A DNA stretch of 64,000 nucleotides, from assembly GCA_033764315.1 (NCBI GenBank), contig JANRJA010000075.1, forward strand, positions 32,001 to 96,000, given 5' to 3'. A program made the translations under genes and the position numbers. The stretch is from Oculatellaceae cyanobacterium bins.114. GTDB taxonomy: Bacteria; Cyanobacteriota; Cyanobacteriia; Elainellales; Elainellaceae. The notes beneath the pieces are model-generated. The model worked only from the letters and a program-made list of their open reading frames with translations. It did no database searches and was not told the DNA's origin. Of this stretch, positions 30,004 through 39,231 are shown one piece after another (position 1 is the stretch's first letter; the number at the start of each line of letters is the position of its first letter).

Positions 30004-30966
30004 ATGGGTATGAGTAATCAAAGGGAAGCTGAGCGGCCAGATCAGATTGTCACGATCGCTGTAGTAGGCGATGTTCATGACCAATGGGATCGGGATGATG
30101 AACATGCGCTCAAAAAAATGGGGGTCGATCTGGTGTTGCTGGTGGGTGATTTTGGCAACGAAGCGGTGAATCTGGTGCGATCAATTGCCAATCTTTCAAT
30201 TCCCAAGGCGGCTATTTTAGGCAATCACGATGCCTGGTATACGGCGACTGATTGGGGTAGAAGCAAGTGCCCCTACGATCGCACCGTGGAAGACCGGGTA
30301 CAACAACAGCTTGATGCATTAGGTGCGGCCCATGTGGGCTATGGCAACCTAGATTTACCTCATTTGGGGCTGAGTGTAGTGGGGGCGCGTCCCTTTAGTT
30401 GGGGTGGCTCGACCTGGAAAAATGAGGAGTTTTATCGCGATCGCTATGGTGTGACGAGCTTTCAAGAATCCATCGACAAAATTGTGGGCGCGGCTCAACA
30501 GACCACATCAGACACCATCATTTATCTGGGGCACTGTGGTCCTATTGGGTTAGGCGATCGCCCCGAAGACCCTTGCGGCAAAGACTGGCAACCTCTAGGG
30601 GGTGATCACGGCGACCCTGATTTTGAAGCGGCGATCGCTCAAACCCGTGACCTTGGCAAAACCATTCCCCTAGTGGCGTTTGGGCACATGCATCACCAGT
30701 TGCGGCACACCAAACTGCAACTCCGTCGTCCAGTTCATGTGGATGCTCAAGGCACGGTGTATGTGAATGCGGCTTATGTACCGCGTATCATTCCTACTGA
30801 GGAAGATTGCTTGCGTAACTTTACGATTGTCACTCTCAAAAATGGGGTGGTGTTTCAGGTGGCACTGGTCTGGTTAAATCAAGACCTTGCCATTCAGTCA
30901 AAGCAGATCTTTCACCAACAACCCTTCCCAGTTGAAGAAGAAGTGGAGGAACTGGCTTCAACTTGA
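30004..30966 (+). CDS. TIGR04168 family metallophosphoesterase (DevT-like)
   Basis: GDVH, GDFGNE, GNHD, H.GP.GLG, D.GDPD, FGHMH motifs. Confidence 0.85.
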   Translation: MGMSNQREAERPDQIVTIAVVGDVHDQWDRDDEHALKKMGVDLVLLVGDFGNEAVNLVRSIANLSIPKAAILGNHDAWYTATDWGRSKCPYDRTVEDRVQQQLDALGAAHVGYGNLDLPHLGLSVVGARPFSWGGSTWKNEEFYRDRYGVTSFQESIDKIVGAAQQTTSDTIIYLGHCGPIGLGDRPEDPCGKDWQPLGGDHGDPDFEAAIAQTRDLGKTIPLVAFGHMHHQLRHTKLQLRRPVHVDAQGTVYVNAAYVPRIIPTEEDCLRNFTIVTLKNGVVFQVALVWLNQDLAIQSKQIFHQQPFPVEEEVEELAST

Positions 30967-30984
30967 TGGTGGTTAAACTCCCAA

Positions 30985-31374
30985 TTATCCTTGAGTTGTC
31001 TGCTCTACTTTAGGCTTGGCTCGACCGAGGGGACGCAGTTCGGTAATGACAGGCTCGTACTTGCAATAACACAACACAATCTGCCTCTGAGTAACATTGG
31101 ACGATGCAGCATACTGCTCTACTCGTGTAATGACCCAATCTCCCTCACGTACATGGGTCGAACTTTCAGGATATTCAGGATCAGCAAAGCTTTCTATCTT
31201 CAAGAATTGTCTGAAGCGATCGCCCACTTGCGGCAGGTTGGAACCTGTGTAATCCCATTGCTCATCTAGAATATCGGTCAAGCCTCCCATTGGAAGTTTC
31301 CGCTCTTCCCAACCCGGTTGATTTGGTTCTGCCAGAAATAGTATCCAGGTTTCAGCCATAGACATCACCTTCAA
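30985..31374 (-). CDS. Hypothetical protein
   Basis: 129-aa ORF overlapping the upstream ORF by 4 nt; start may be ATG 31365 or 31359. Confidence 0.65.
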   Translation of the reverse strand: MKVMSMAETWILFLAEPNQPGWEERKLPMGGLTDILDEQWDYTGSNLPQVGDRFRQFLKIESFADPEYPESSTHVREGDWVITRVEQYAASSNVTQRQIVLCYCKYEPVITELRPLGRAKPKVEQTTQG

Positions 31375-32105
31375 AGCTGGTCTGCCTCATAATTCAATCT
31401 TCTGCTAATTATTAGCCGTAAAAGACCAAACCCTAAAACTAGTACTAACAGTTCTGGCATCCCTATTAGCATCAAAATACTAGCTACAGATAGTACTCCA
31501 GATACCAACAAAACCAAATTCAGCGAAGGAGCAATTTCTCCAATGTGCCTTCCGGGTCGAAGAATGAAATTTTGAATTGCGGGTATTAAACGTATTGAGA
31601 GAGAAAAAGCAAATAACGCAGTCATTCCAAGTGGTGAGTATTTTCCAAATTGATGAGGATGTAGCTTCACCCAGCCCAGTAAATTATCCATTACAAGCAG
31701 AAAAACAACTAGAATCACCATTGGGATGAGGGACAGCACGCGGATCGGAACCCCCTCTCTTATCGGCACATCCTCTATTGAGGCAGTAGGAATGAAACCA
31801 ATTCTGCTTATTTGCGCAATGACCTCTGATGCAGCAATTGAGGGTGAAAAGCGAATTTCTGAAGGGTACTCGGTCAGAATGTGTTTGATGAGAACTGATC
31901 CTGAATCTGTCTGTTCTAAAGCAGCGATTTGTTGAGATTCAAATTTGTACTCAACCAAGAAGGATCGTAGAGTGATTTGGCTTGAGGTAATTGTCAGGAT
32001 TGCTAAACCAGCCCAAGCGTTACCTGCATGAAGTTTCCCTTTAAAGGTAATTGGCTGCTCAATGGGTTGCTGCATAAGTTGGATGTTTCCAGGAATATCA
32101 GGCAC
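31371..32105 (-). CDS. Hypothetical membrane protein
   Basis: Soluble N-terminal part followed by about 4 hydrophobic helices; AT-rich; start uncertain. Confidence 0.65.
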   Translation of the reverse strand: MPDIPGNIQLMQQPIEQPITFKGKLHAGNAWAGLAILTITSSQITLRSFLVEYKFESQQIAALEQTDSGSVLIKHILTEYPSEIRFSPSIAASEVIAQISRIGFIPTASIEDVPIREGVPIRVLSLIPMVILVVFLLVMDNLLGWVKLHPHQFGKYSPLGMTALFAFSLSIRLIPAIQNFILRPGRHIGEIAPSLNLVLLVSGVLSVASILMLIGMPELLVLVLGFGLLRLIISRRLNYEADQL

Positions 32106-32234
32106 TAGCCAATTTTTCCCAGCCGACCGCCAAATCTTTAGCTCTCTAAAAAACTCTTTAATTTTCTAAAAAACAAAGACCTGTTTGAGGCAAGTTTCAC
32201 AAATAGATTAATATCCTCTAATATAGGAAAGCTT

Positions 32235-32319
32235 GGAGAGGTGGCAGAGTGGTCGAATGCGCTCGACTTGAAATCGAGTGTACCGAAAGGTACCGAGGGT
32301 TCGAATCCCTCCCTCTCCG
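32235..32319 (+). tRNA. trnS: tRNA-Ser(TGA)
   Basis: GGAGAGG...CCTCTCCG acceptor stem, CTCGA-CTTGAAA-TCGAG anticodon arm, long variable arm, GGTTCGAATCC T-arm. Confidence 0.97.
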
Positions 32320-32332
32320 TTCAAAGAATTTC

Positions 32333-33871
32333 TTAGGCTTTTGGTGGAAGAGTTTTGATTAAATAATGTTCAGCGATCGCACTGGGATCTTCGCTGGAGT
32401 AAGCTCTTGCATAGGTTCGGGTGTAATTTTGCCGCAAAAATCGATAGATGCCCCGGTGACTCTTAATTTCTTGGGTGCGTCTGGCTAACACAATTTGCTC
32501 AGGGCGGTAGGCTTGCAGCACTTCCAGTAGATTGTCCAGCGTAAAGTTGCCCGACGCAAGGCGTTTGTTAGAGAGCACTGCAACTTCTGGAGGAATAGGC
32601 AACGCCGCATAAAAGGGAATCATGGGGCGATCGGAGAAAACCCATTGGGTGCGATCGCGATGCTGTTTTAAAATCTCGACGATCTCCCATTGTGATGAAG
32701 GTCTGCCCCAGGGACTGGCGATCTTTGCAGGAATTAAAACCACTGAGAAGGCGAACAAGATCATCGCCACTGCTGGAATGGCAATTTTTTGCAACTCCAG
32801 CGACTTAATCCAGTCACGCCATGCAGCTTGCTGAAAAAACTCAACCACAATGGCAACGCCATATGCTGATAACCAGGCCATTGGAATTGAAAGTAATAGG
32901 TAATGGTGATACCAGATAGGGCGATGGTTGAACAGCAACAGAGCCGCTGTCAGCAGCCAAGCCAAGGGAAACAAGTCTGCCCAACGTCGCTTGAAAACAA
33001 TCGATATAACCCCGATCGCCCCTAACCTCACCAGATCAAGATCATTGCGAACAAGGGATAGTAAATAAGGCACTCCATTCGTACTGTCGTATTGATCTTT
33101 AATCGAGTTATCTAAATGAGATTGCCATAGTTGATCGTAGTTAATTGAGTTAAATAGAAACCCTAAAACAAAATAGGTCAAAATTAGACTACTCAACCAT
33201 AAAACTATTTTTGTAATGATAGAATGCGGCGATAAAATAGGCTCTCTTTGGGATGAGTTAGCTTCACTAAACTGAGAGCTTAAGAGCAGCACAACCACCA
33301 GCGGTACTAAAAAAACAGTAAATAGTTTGACTTGTAATGATAGAGCCAGTAAACATCCTGAAAGAATGAGTAAAAACTTGTGGTGGTGTCGTTGATAGAG
33401 GGTCAATATGTAAATCGACACCATTGCCAACGCTAACGATGGCAGACCAATCATGACCGATACACTAAGCTTGGCGTATGACCATGACAAGATTAAAAAC
33501 AAACTGCCAAAAAAAGCAGAAAATCGACCTAATTTGTCCTTAATGATTTGATAAAAAGACCCAACTAAGAGTATTGAGAACAAAAGAATTAATACCCGAC
33601 TGGCGACAACTGAGGAGCCAACAATGTTGAACCAAAGTGACAGAATGAAGGTTAATAATGGAGGTTGATCATTCCACGTTTCTGTATAGAGTGGAATACC
33701 TTTCCAATATAGAAAGGCTTTCATCAAGTTAATCCCTTCGTCATTGTCAAACTCAAAAGTTCGCCCAAAGGGAATGTCTAAAACGACCAGCAGAATCAAC
33801 AGGAAGGGCGGTAAAAGATCAAGAGCGATCGCCTTTACACCCTGCCGATTGAGTTTGATTTGAGATAACAT
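32333..33871 (-). CDS. GT-C fold (ArnT/PMT, GT39-like) membrane glycosyltransferase
   Basis: DEG motif, LY.E.W.DQPPL, many TM helices, soluble C-terminus. Confidence 0.8.
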   Translation of the reverse strand: MLSQIKLNRQGVKAIALDLLPPFLLILLVVLDIPFGRTFEFDNDEGINLMKAFLYWKGIPLYTETWNDQPPLLTFILSLWFNIVGSSVVASRVLILLFSILLVGSFYQIIKDKLGRFSAFFGSLFLILSWSYAKLSVSVMIGLPSLALAMVSIYILTLYQRHHHKFLLILSGCLLALSLQVKLFTVFLVPLVVVLLLSSQFSEANSSQREPILSPHSIITKIVLWLSSLILTYFVLGFLFNSINYDQLWQSHLDNSIKDQYDSTNGVPYLLSLVRNDLDLVRLGAIGVISIVFKRRWADLFPLAWLLTAALLLFNHRPIWYHHYLLLSIPMAWLSAYGVAIVVEFFQQAAWRDWIKSLELQKIAIPAVAMILFAFSVVLIPAKIASPWGRPSSQWEIVEILKQHRDRTQWVFSDRPMIPFYAALPIPPEVAVLSNKRLASGNFTLDNLLEVLQAYRPEQIVLARRTQEIKSHRGIYRFLRQNYTRTYARAYSSEDPSAIAEHYLIKTLPPKA

Positions 33872-33887
33872 CTTCGCTTGAGTCTAG

Positions 33888-35051
33888 TTAGAGCAACCCG
33901 ACAAAGTGTAATGGCCCATGACCACTCAGCAACTCAATGATCAGCGCAATAAAGCCCAACATGGCTAAGCGTCCATTCCACACCTCAGCGGTGGTGGTTA
34001 GACCCCATTCCCATCGCTCTGGTGGATAGATTTTCACTTCTTTTTGGGGCCGTATAACTTCGCTCAAGTCCACAGGTGGGCTATTGCGAGCATTGATAAC
34101 CAGATTGGCGAGATCTTCTATGAAAAGGGGGTGTGTGTTCAATGCTGGAACCCGATGGAAATGATGAATTCCAGCTTGTTCTGCCACTTCTCGATACTCG
34201 ATATCGATTTCCTGGAGGGTTTCGATGTGCTCTGAAACAAAGCTAATGGGAATCACTAATAGATCTTCGACTCCCTGGGCTGCCAAATCAGCGATCGCAT
34301 CTTCGGTATAGGGTCTTAGCCACTCCACCGGACCCACCCGACTCTGATATGCCAGAGTGTGAGCATTGGGACGATTTAGCGTTTGCATGATTAATGCGGT
34401 ACAGGCTTCAATTTCTTTTTGATAGGGGTCGCCTGCCTCTTCGACATAACTCACGGGCACCCCATGAGCACTAAAAAAGAGGTGGACATTGTTGGGGTTG
34501 GGGGATTGGTCTAGCTCTTGAGCAATCAGTTGAGCCATCGCTTGCAAATAGCCAGGGCTGCTATACCAGGATGGAATGACGGTGTGCTCAACCTTTTGCA
34601 GGGCAGGGTCTTCTTTCCACAGGTCATCTAACAACCGGAAACTAGAACCGCTCGTGCTGATAGAAAATTGAGGATATAGGGGCAAAATGACCAGTTGCTC
34701 GATGCCATCTCGCTTAATGCGGGCGATCGCCTCCTCCGTAAAGGGGTACCAATAGCGCATTCCCACATAGACTTGTGCCTCATGCCCTTTTTGCCGCAAA
34801 ACTTCTTGCAATTCCTGGGCTTGCTCTTCAGTAATGCGACGCAGCGGTGAACCGCCACCAATTTGTTTGTAGTTCTCTTGCGACTTGCTGGCACGAGAGC
34901 TCGAAATGAACCATGCCAGAGGCTTTTGCAGCCAAGGGAAAGGCAACCGAATGATCTCTGGGTCAGAGAACAGATTAAATAGAAAGGGACGAACGTCCTC
35001 TAATTGGTCTGGTCCCCCCAAATTGAGCAGTAAAACCCCAAAACGACCCAT
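33888..35051 (-). CDS. hemH: Ferrochelatase with C-terminal CAB domain
   Basis: [41 protein letters not shown]-terminal [16 protein letters not shown] motif. Confidence 0.97.
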   Translation of the reverse strand: MGRFGVLLLNLGGPDQLEDVRPFLFNLFSDPEIIRLPFPWLQKPLAWFISSSRASKSQENYKQIGGGSPLRRITEEQAQELQEVLRQKGHEAQVYVGMRYWYPFTEEAIARIKRDGIEQLVILPLYPQFSISTSGSSFRLLDDLWKEDPALQKVEHTVIPSWYSSPGYLQAMAQLIAQELDQSPNPNNVHLFFSAHGVPVSYVEEAGDPYQKEIEACTALIMQTLNRPNAHTLAYQSRVGPVEWLRPYTEDAIADLAAQGVEDLLVIPISFVSEHIETLQEIDIEYREVAEQAGIHHFHRVPALNTHPLFIEDLANLVINARNSPPVDLSEVIRPQKEVKIYPPERWEWGLTTTAEVWNGRLAMLGFIALIIELLSGHGPLHFVGLL

Positions 35052-35219
35052 AGTGATTACACGTTCCCTAGCGTTTTAATATTTTTCAATAATTTTAACA
35101 ATGGAAACCCTATTGCAAACCAATTGCAACAGCCAGAACTCTACTACACCTATTAGAGTTGTTTATACCTTAAGTTCACATTAAAACTTAGCCCTATTTC
35201 ACCTTCATTTCAACGTTTC

Positions 35220-36398
35220 ATGACTGACTTGTCTCCCATTGACACCCGCATCATGCAGGTCAATCAACGACTCAAAGCGGCTCAACTCGGTTTTCAGGTC
35301 GAACGCCGAGGTGAAAAATTAAGCCTGCGGGGGACGTTGCCCCCTCGCCCTGGCAGCGATCGCCTGCGTCCTCATCAACAACGGCTTAGCCTCAATCTTC
35401 CGGCAACAACCGCTGGGTTAAAGCAAGCCGAGCAAGAAGCCAAGATTATTGCGGCTCAACTGATTCAAAATACCTTTAGCTGGAAGCCTTATCTATCGGT
35501 TGGGGGAGGCAAACGTTTAAATCAGATGGATCTAGCGGAGCAGGTCAAGGCGTTTCACCAACATTTTTTGGCACAAACTCAACGCACTCGATCAGCATCT
35601 ACTAGGGCCACCTGGACGACTGCCTATGAACCCTATCTGCGAAAACTACAAGCGATCGCCCACTCTCGTGCTCATCTCAGCCTGCCAGAAGCTATCTATG
35701 CCACAATTCACGCTACAGAACCCAACTCGCGCAGTCGGCAAATTTGTTGCACGGCTTTAGGTGCATTTGCCAGCTTTTTAGAAATTGAGTTGCCCACTGA
35801 TCTAAAAACGCTATGGGGCAGTTATGGAGTAAATCAGACTCAAGCCCGTGATTTGCCCTCTGATGAGGCTATTATTGCCGCCTATGAAACCATCCCTAAC
35901 CCAGCCTGGCGTTTTGTCTATGGCGTTATGGCAACGTATGGATTGCGAAATCACGAGGTTTTCTTTTGCGATTACACGGCGTTGCAACAGGGCCGCAAAG
36001 AAGCCTCAATCGAAGTCTTAGGCACAACTAAAACAGGGCACCACGAAGTTTGGCCTTTTTATCCTGATTGGGTAGAGCGATTTAACCTGCGTCAGGTTGA
36101 GTTGCCTCCTGTGAATACCGACCTCAACCAGACGACGCTTCAACGGATTGGTCAACAGGTGAGTGTTCAATTTCGGCGATATGACCTACCTTTCTCCCCC
36201 TATGATTTGCGCCATGCCTGGGCAGTCCGCACGATTCACGTGGGCTTGCCAGATACGGTTGCTGCCCGCATGATGGGGCACTCTGTCACTGTCCATACCC
36301 GCACTTATCACCGTTGGATGACTCGACGCGACCAACAACAAGCTGTAGAGGCCGCCCTAAATCGAATTCAAATGGCAGCTTTATCTGATAAAACCTGA
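35220..36398 (+). CDS. Tyrosine recombinase/site-specific integrase (cyanobacterial XisA/XisC-like family)
   Basis: LSLRGTLPP.PG, YGLRNHE, TKTG, YDLRHAWAVR, MGHS..VHT..Y. Confidence 0.88.
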   Translation: MTDLSPIDTRIMQVNQRLKAAQLGFQVERRGEKLSLRGTLPPRPGSDRLRPHQQRLSLNLPATTAGLKQAEQEAKIIAAQLIQNTFSWKPYLSVGGGKRLNQMDLAEQVKAFHQHFLAQTQRTRSASTRATWTTAYEPYLRKLQAIAHSRAHLSLPEAIYATIHATEPNSRSRQICCTALGAFASFLEIELPTDLKTLWGSYGVNQTQARDLPSDEAIIAAYETIPNPAWRFVYGVMATYGLRNHEVFFCDYTALQQGRKEASIEVLGTTKTGHHEVWPFYPDWVERFNLRQVELPPVNTDLNQTTLQRIGQQVSVQFRRYDLPFSPYDLRHAWAVRTIHVGLPDTVAARMMGHSVTVHTRTYHRWMTRRDQQQAVEAALNRIQMAALSDKT

Positions 36399-36432
36399 CA
36401 ATGATGATTAGAGTAATCGAGATAAAAGGGTA

Positions 36433-36621
36433 ATGGAAAATACAGCCGAGTTTAGTTGTGCCTATTGTGGTGAACCCAACATAACGTTTGTGGATTTAAG
36501 TGCCGGAGGACAGCAATCCTATGTAGAAGATTGCCAGGTTTGTTGTCGTCCTAATCATTTGTATATTGTGATTGATGAAGATACGTTGGATATTGAGATT
36601 AGTAGTGAATACGAAGGATAA
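36433..36621 (+). CDS. CPXCG-motif cysteine-rich protein
   Basis: CAYCGE...D.S.G..Q.YVEDCQVCC.P. Confidence 0.88.
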   Translation: MENTAEFSCAYCGEPNITFVDLSAGGQQSYVEDCQVCCRPNHLYIVIDEDTLDIEISSEYEG

Positions 36622-37014
36622 TCGCTGTTTATTTGAATTGAAAAATTTAGACGGTTGGGTTGTTATTTGACTCACCCATTTTCCAGAAATCTAAGTTCTG
36701 GCTTGTAGATAGAGTATGGAGTTCTTTTTACTGATTATTAGTCTATGGTTGGCCTTGTTATTTATGAACTTTTTCTATGCTGCTCTAAAGCTTTTAAACT
36801 GGTTGTGGGCACCGGGTTGCTTTAGTGTTGCAGTAGTTTTGCTGCTAGTGGCATGGTGCATAGCGGACGAATAGCGAGTGTAAGTATTGTGGTGAGAGTG
36901 GGTTCCTAAAATTTTTTATAGCCCTCTTAACCCAGTGACAAAAGATTGAGTTGCTAGATTGAGTTGCTATAGTGTTGGTTAAGGTTTTGAGTAAGGATAG
37001 CGGTTAATACACAC

Positions 37015-37344
37015 ATGATAGATTGGGCACATCTTCACCAAATTACTGATGATAACCCTGCCTTTGAGGTAGAACTTTTAAAGCTCTTTATGGCTGATAC
37101 ACATACTCAAATCAAAAGTTTAAAACGAGCGATCGCCCTTGAAGATTTTTTTGAGGTTGAACAGATTGCTCATCATATTAAAGGAGCCAGTGCCAATATC
37201 GGTGTAACTCCAATTCACCTCACCGCCAGCTCACTAGAAGAACAAGCTTTTTGTAAAGAAGTAGCCACAATTGATCAATTTACAGAAAATTTAGAGCAGA
37301 CTTTAGATCAATTAGAGGAATTGATTAAATCGCTATCTAGTTAA
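37015..37344 (+). CDS. Hpt domain phosphotransfer protein
   Basis: AHHIKGASANIG phosphoacceptor motif. Confidence 0.9.
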   Translation: MIDWAHLHQITDDNPAFEVELLKLFMADTHTQIKSLKRAIALEDFFEVEQIAHHIKGASANIGVTPIHLTASSLEEQAFCKEVATIDQFTENLEQTLDQLEELIKSLSS

Positions 37345-37849
37345 CAGTTGTTTGATACTTTTTGATGATCAATAAACAATTTCGTTGATCAGGGGTGCGA
37401 GTATAGCTCAATACATCTGCCATTCGATGCATCAACTTTAGTCCGCGTCCTCCTTCGGCTTCATGATTGACATCTTTAGACAATCGAGCCAGGGTTTTTT
37501 CTAAGTCAAAACCTGCACCAAAATCCCAAATTCGGATCTCTAAACAACCCTCTAAGACCACGACTTCAATATCAATCACCGTATCACTGGGCTGACCTTT
37601 GTGAGCATGACGAACTGCATTTGTGAACCCCTCTGCTAAAGCGAGTTGGCACTGTAACCAAACGGAATGTGGAATCGTAGAATGGTTAAATTGGTCAAAC
37701 CATGCTAGAACTTGAGCCAGAGCGTGAAGATCAGTGTTAGTACGCAGGTGTGCTTTCAAAAGTGATTCCAATTTAAGAAAATCCTTTGACTGAGGAATTA
37801 TCGACTGAACTCTATCGCTTCCCTTTGTAGCTTCAATCCTATTAAGCAC
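37337..37849 (-). CDS. RsbW/SpoIIAB-like anti-sigma factor Ser/Thr kinase
   Basis: LALAEGFTNAVRHA, IWDFG.GFD, EGGRGL.LM...D. Confidence 0.88.
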   Translation of the reverse strand: MLNRIEATKGSDRVQSIIPQSKDFLKLESLLKAHLRTNTDLHALAQVLAWFDQFNHSTIPHSVWLQCQLALAEGFTNAVRHAHKGQPSDTVIDIEVVVLEGCLEIRIWDFGAGFDLEKTLARLSKDVNHEAEGGRGLKLMHRMADVLSYTRTPDQRNCLLIIKKYQTTVN

Positions 37850-37935
37850 TCAACAGCAAATTTAGATTGCTAAAGTATAACTATTTACAAAAATTAGGTG
37901 CTAAGACAAACCAATCATGAATTTTTTAATTAATC

Positions 37936-39069
37936 ATGGCTCAAATTTTAGTCATTGATGATGATCCAACCATTCGTTTAATTTTAAGGCGATCGCTTAA
38001 AAGTCATAACTATGAAGTTGTAGAAGCGACCAATGGTGAGGAAGGCATTAATCTGGCACGCCAACTCTGCCCAGCGTTGATCATTTGCGATTGGATGATG
38101 CCGATTATTGATGGGTTAGACGTTTGTCGGTTGGTCAAAGCTGACCCGACTCTCTCAGCCACCTTCTTTATTTTGTTGACTGCACGAGGAGCACTAGAAG
38201 ATCGGGTCAAAGGACTGGACACGGGTGCAGATGATTTTCTCTCTAAGCCGATCGAGATTAGTGAGTTGCAGGCAAGAGTGCGAGCCGGATTGAGGCTTCA
38301 TCAAGTCAATATTGATTTACAGCGACAAAAACAGATTTTAGAAGCAGAGTTTGCAGAAGCCGCAACCTATGTGCAATCGCTGCTGCCGACCTCTTTTACG
38401 GGCAAAGTATCTCTCCACTCCCGCTTTATTCCCTCGCGACAACTAGGGGGAGATTGCTTTGATTGTTATTGGCTTGATCCAGATTATTTGGTGATGTATT
38501 TGTTGGATGTGTCGGGGCATGGTTTGGGTGCTGCTCTACCCTCTATTACAGTGCTAAATTTGCTGCGATCGCAGTCCTTACCCGATGCCAATTTTTATCA
38601 ACCCCATGATGTACTGAGGGTGCTGAATGAAACCTTTCAGATGGATAGTCAAAATGATAAATATTTCACGATTTGGTATGGGGTTTATAACCATGCCAAA
38701 CGTCAATTAACGTATTCCAGCGCAGGGCATCCTCCAGCCATTTTGGTATCGCCTTCAGATGAAGCAAGCCCTCAAGTAAAACAGTTGAGAACGGCAGGAT
38801 TGCCGATTGGGATGTTGGCAGATACGACCTATATTAGCGATCGCCAGGATGTTCCCATCAACAGCACACTTTATGTTTTTAGTGATGGAATCTACGATTT
38901 TAACCAGCTTGATATGGAGGCTTGGGGTTTAAATCAATTCATCCACTTGTTAACGAATATGAATGGCACGATTGACTTGGATGACATTCTTAAAAAAGTG
39001 CGGGAGGTAAATCAAATAGAGGCGTTTGATGATGACTTGTCGTTACTTAAAATCGACTTTAGTAGTTAA
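37936..39069 (+). CDS. Response regulator receiver + SpoIIE/PP2C phosphatase (RsbU/RsbY-like)
   Basis: REC domain (IDDD, CDWMMP, SKP); GGD, DVSGHG, AGHPP, SDG, DD motifs. Confidence 0.92.
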   Translation: MAQILVIDDDPTIRLILRRSLKSHNYEVVEATNGEEGINLARQLCPALIICDWMMPIIDGLDVCRLVKADPTLSATFFILLTARGALEDRVKGLDTGADDFLSKPIEISELQARVRAGLRLHQVNIDLQRQKQILEAEFAEAATYVQSLLPTSFTGKVSLHSRFIPSRQLGGDCFDCYWLDPDYLVMYLLDVSGHGLGAALPSITVLNLLRSQSLPDANFYQPHDVLRVLNETFQMDSQNDKYFTIWYGVYNHAKRQLTYSSAGHPPAILVSPSDEASPQVKQLRTAGLPIGMLADTTYISDRQDVPINSTLYVFSDGIYDFNQLDMEAWGLNQFIHLLTNMNGTIDLDDILKKVREVNQIEAFDDDLSLLKIDFSS

Positions 39070-39231
39070 CTCGTTGTGAGTGATTGTGAGGCTCGATATT
39101 GGTTCTTTTGAGGGGCATTAGCTGTGGGCGATCGTTATCGACACGAGAATGATAAAGTAACCTATTCAGGATGTCTTAACCCCAAAACCCACAAATTGAA
39201 TTAACCATTACTTGAGCTAAATTGACGCTAC

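Noticed and set aside
32235..36398. Integrative element from tRNA-Ser to the integrase
   Set aside because: No duplicated tRNA-Ser 3' end seen, and the interval contains the core gene hemH
36943..36968. 13-bp duplication AGATTGAGTTGCT x2 upstream of the Hpt gene
   Set aside because: Only two copies; cannot be distinguished from simple slippage
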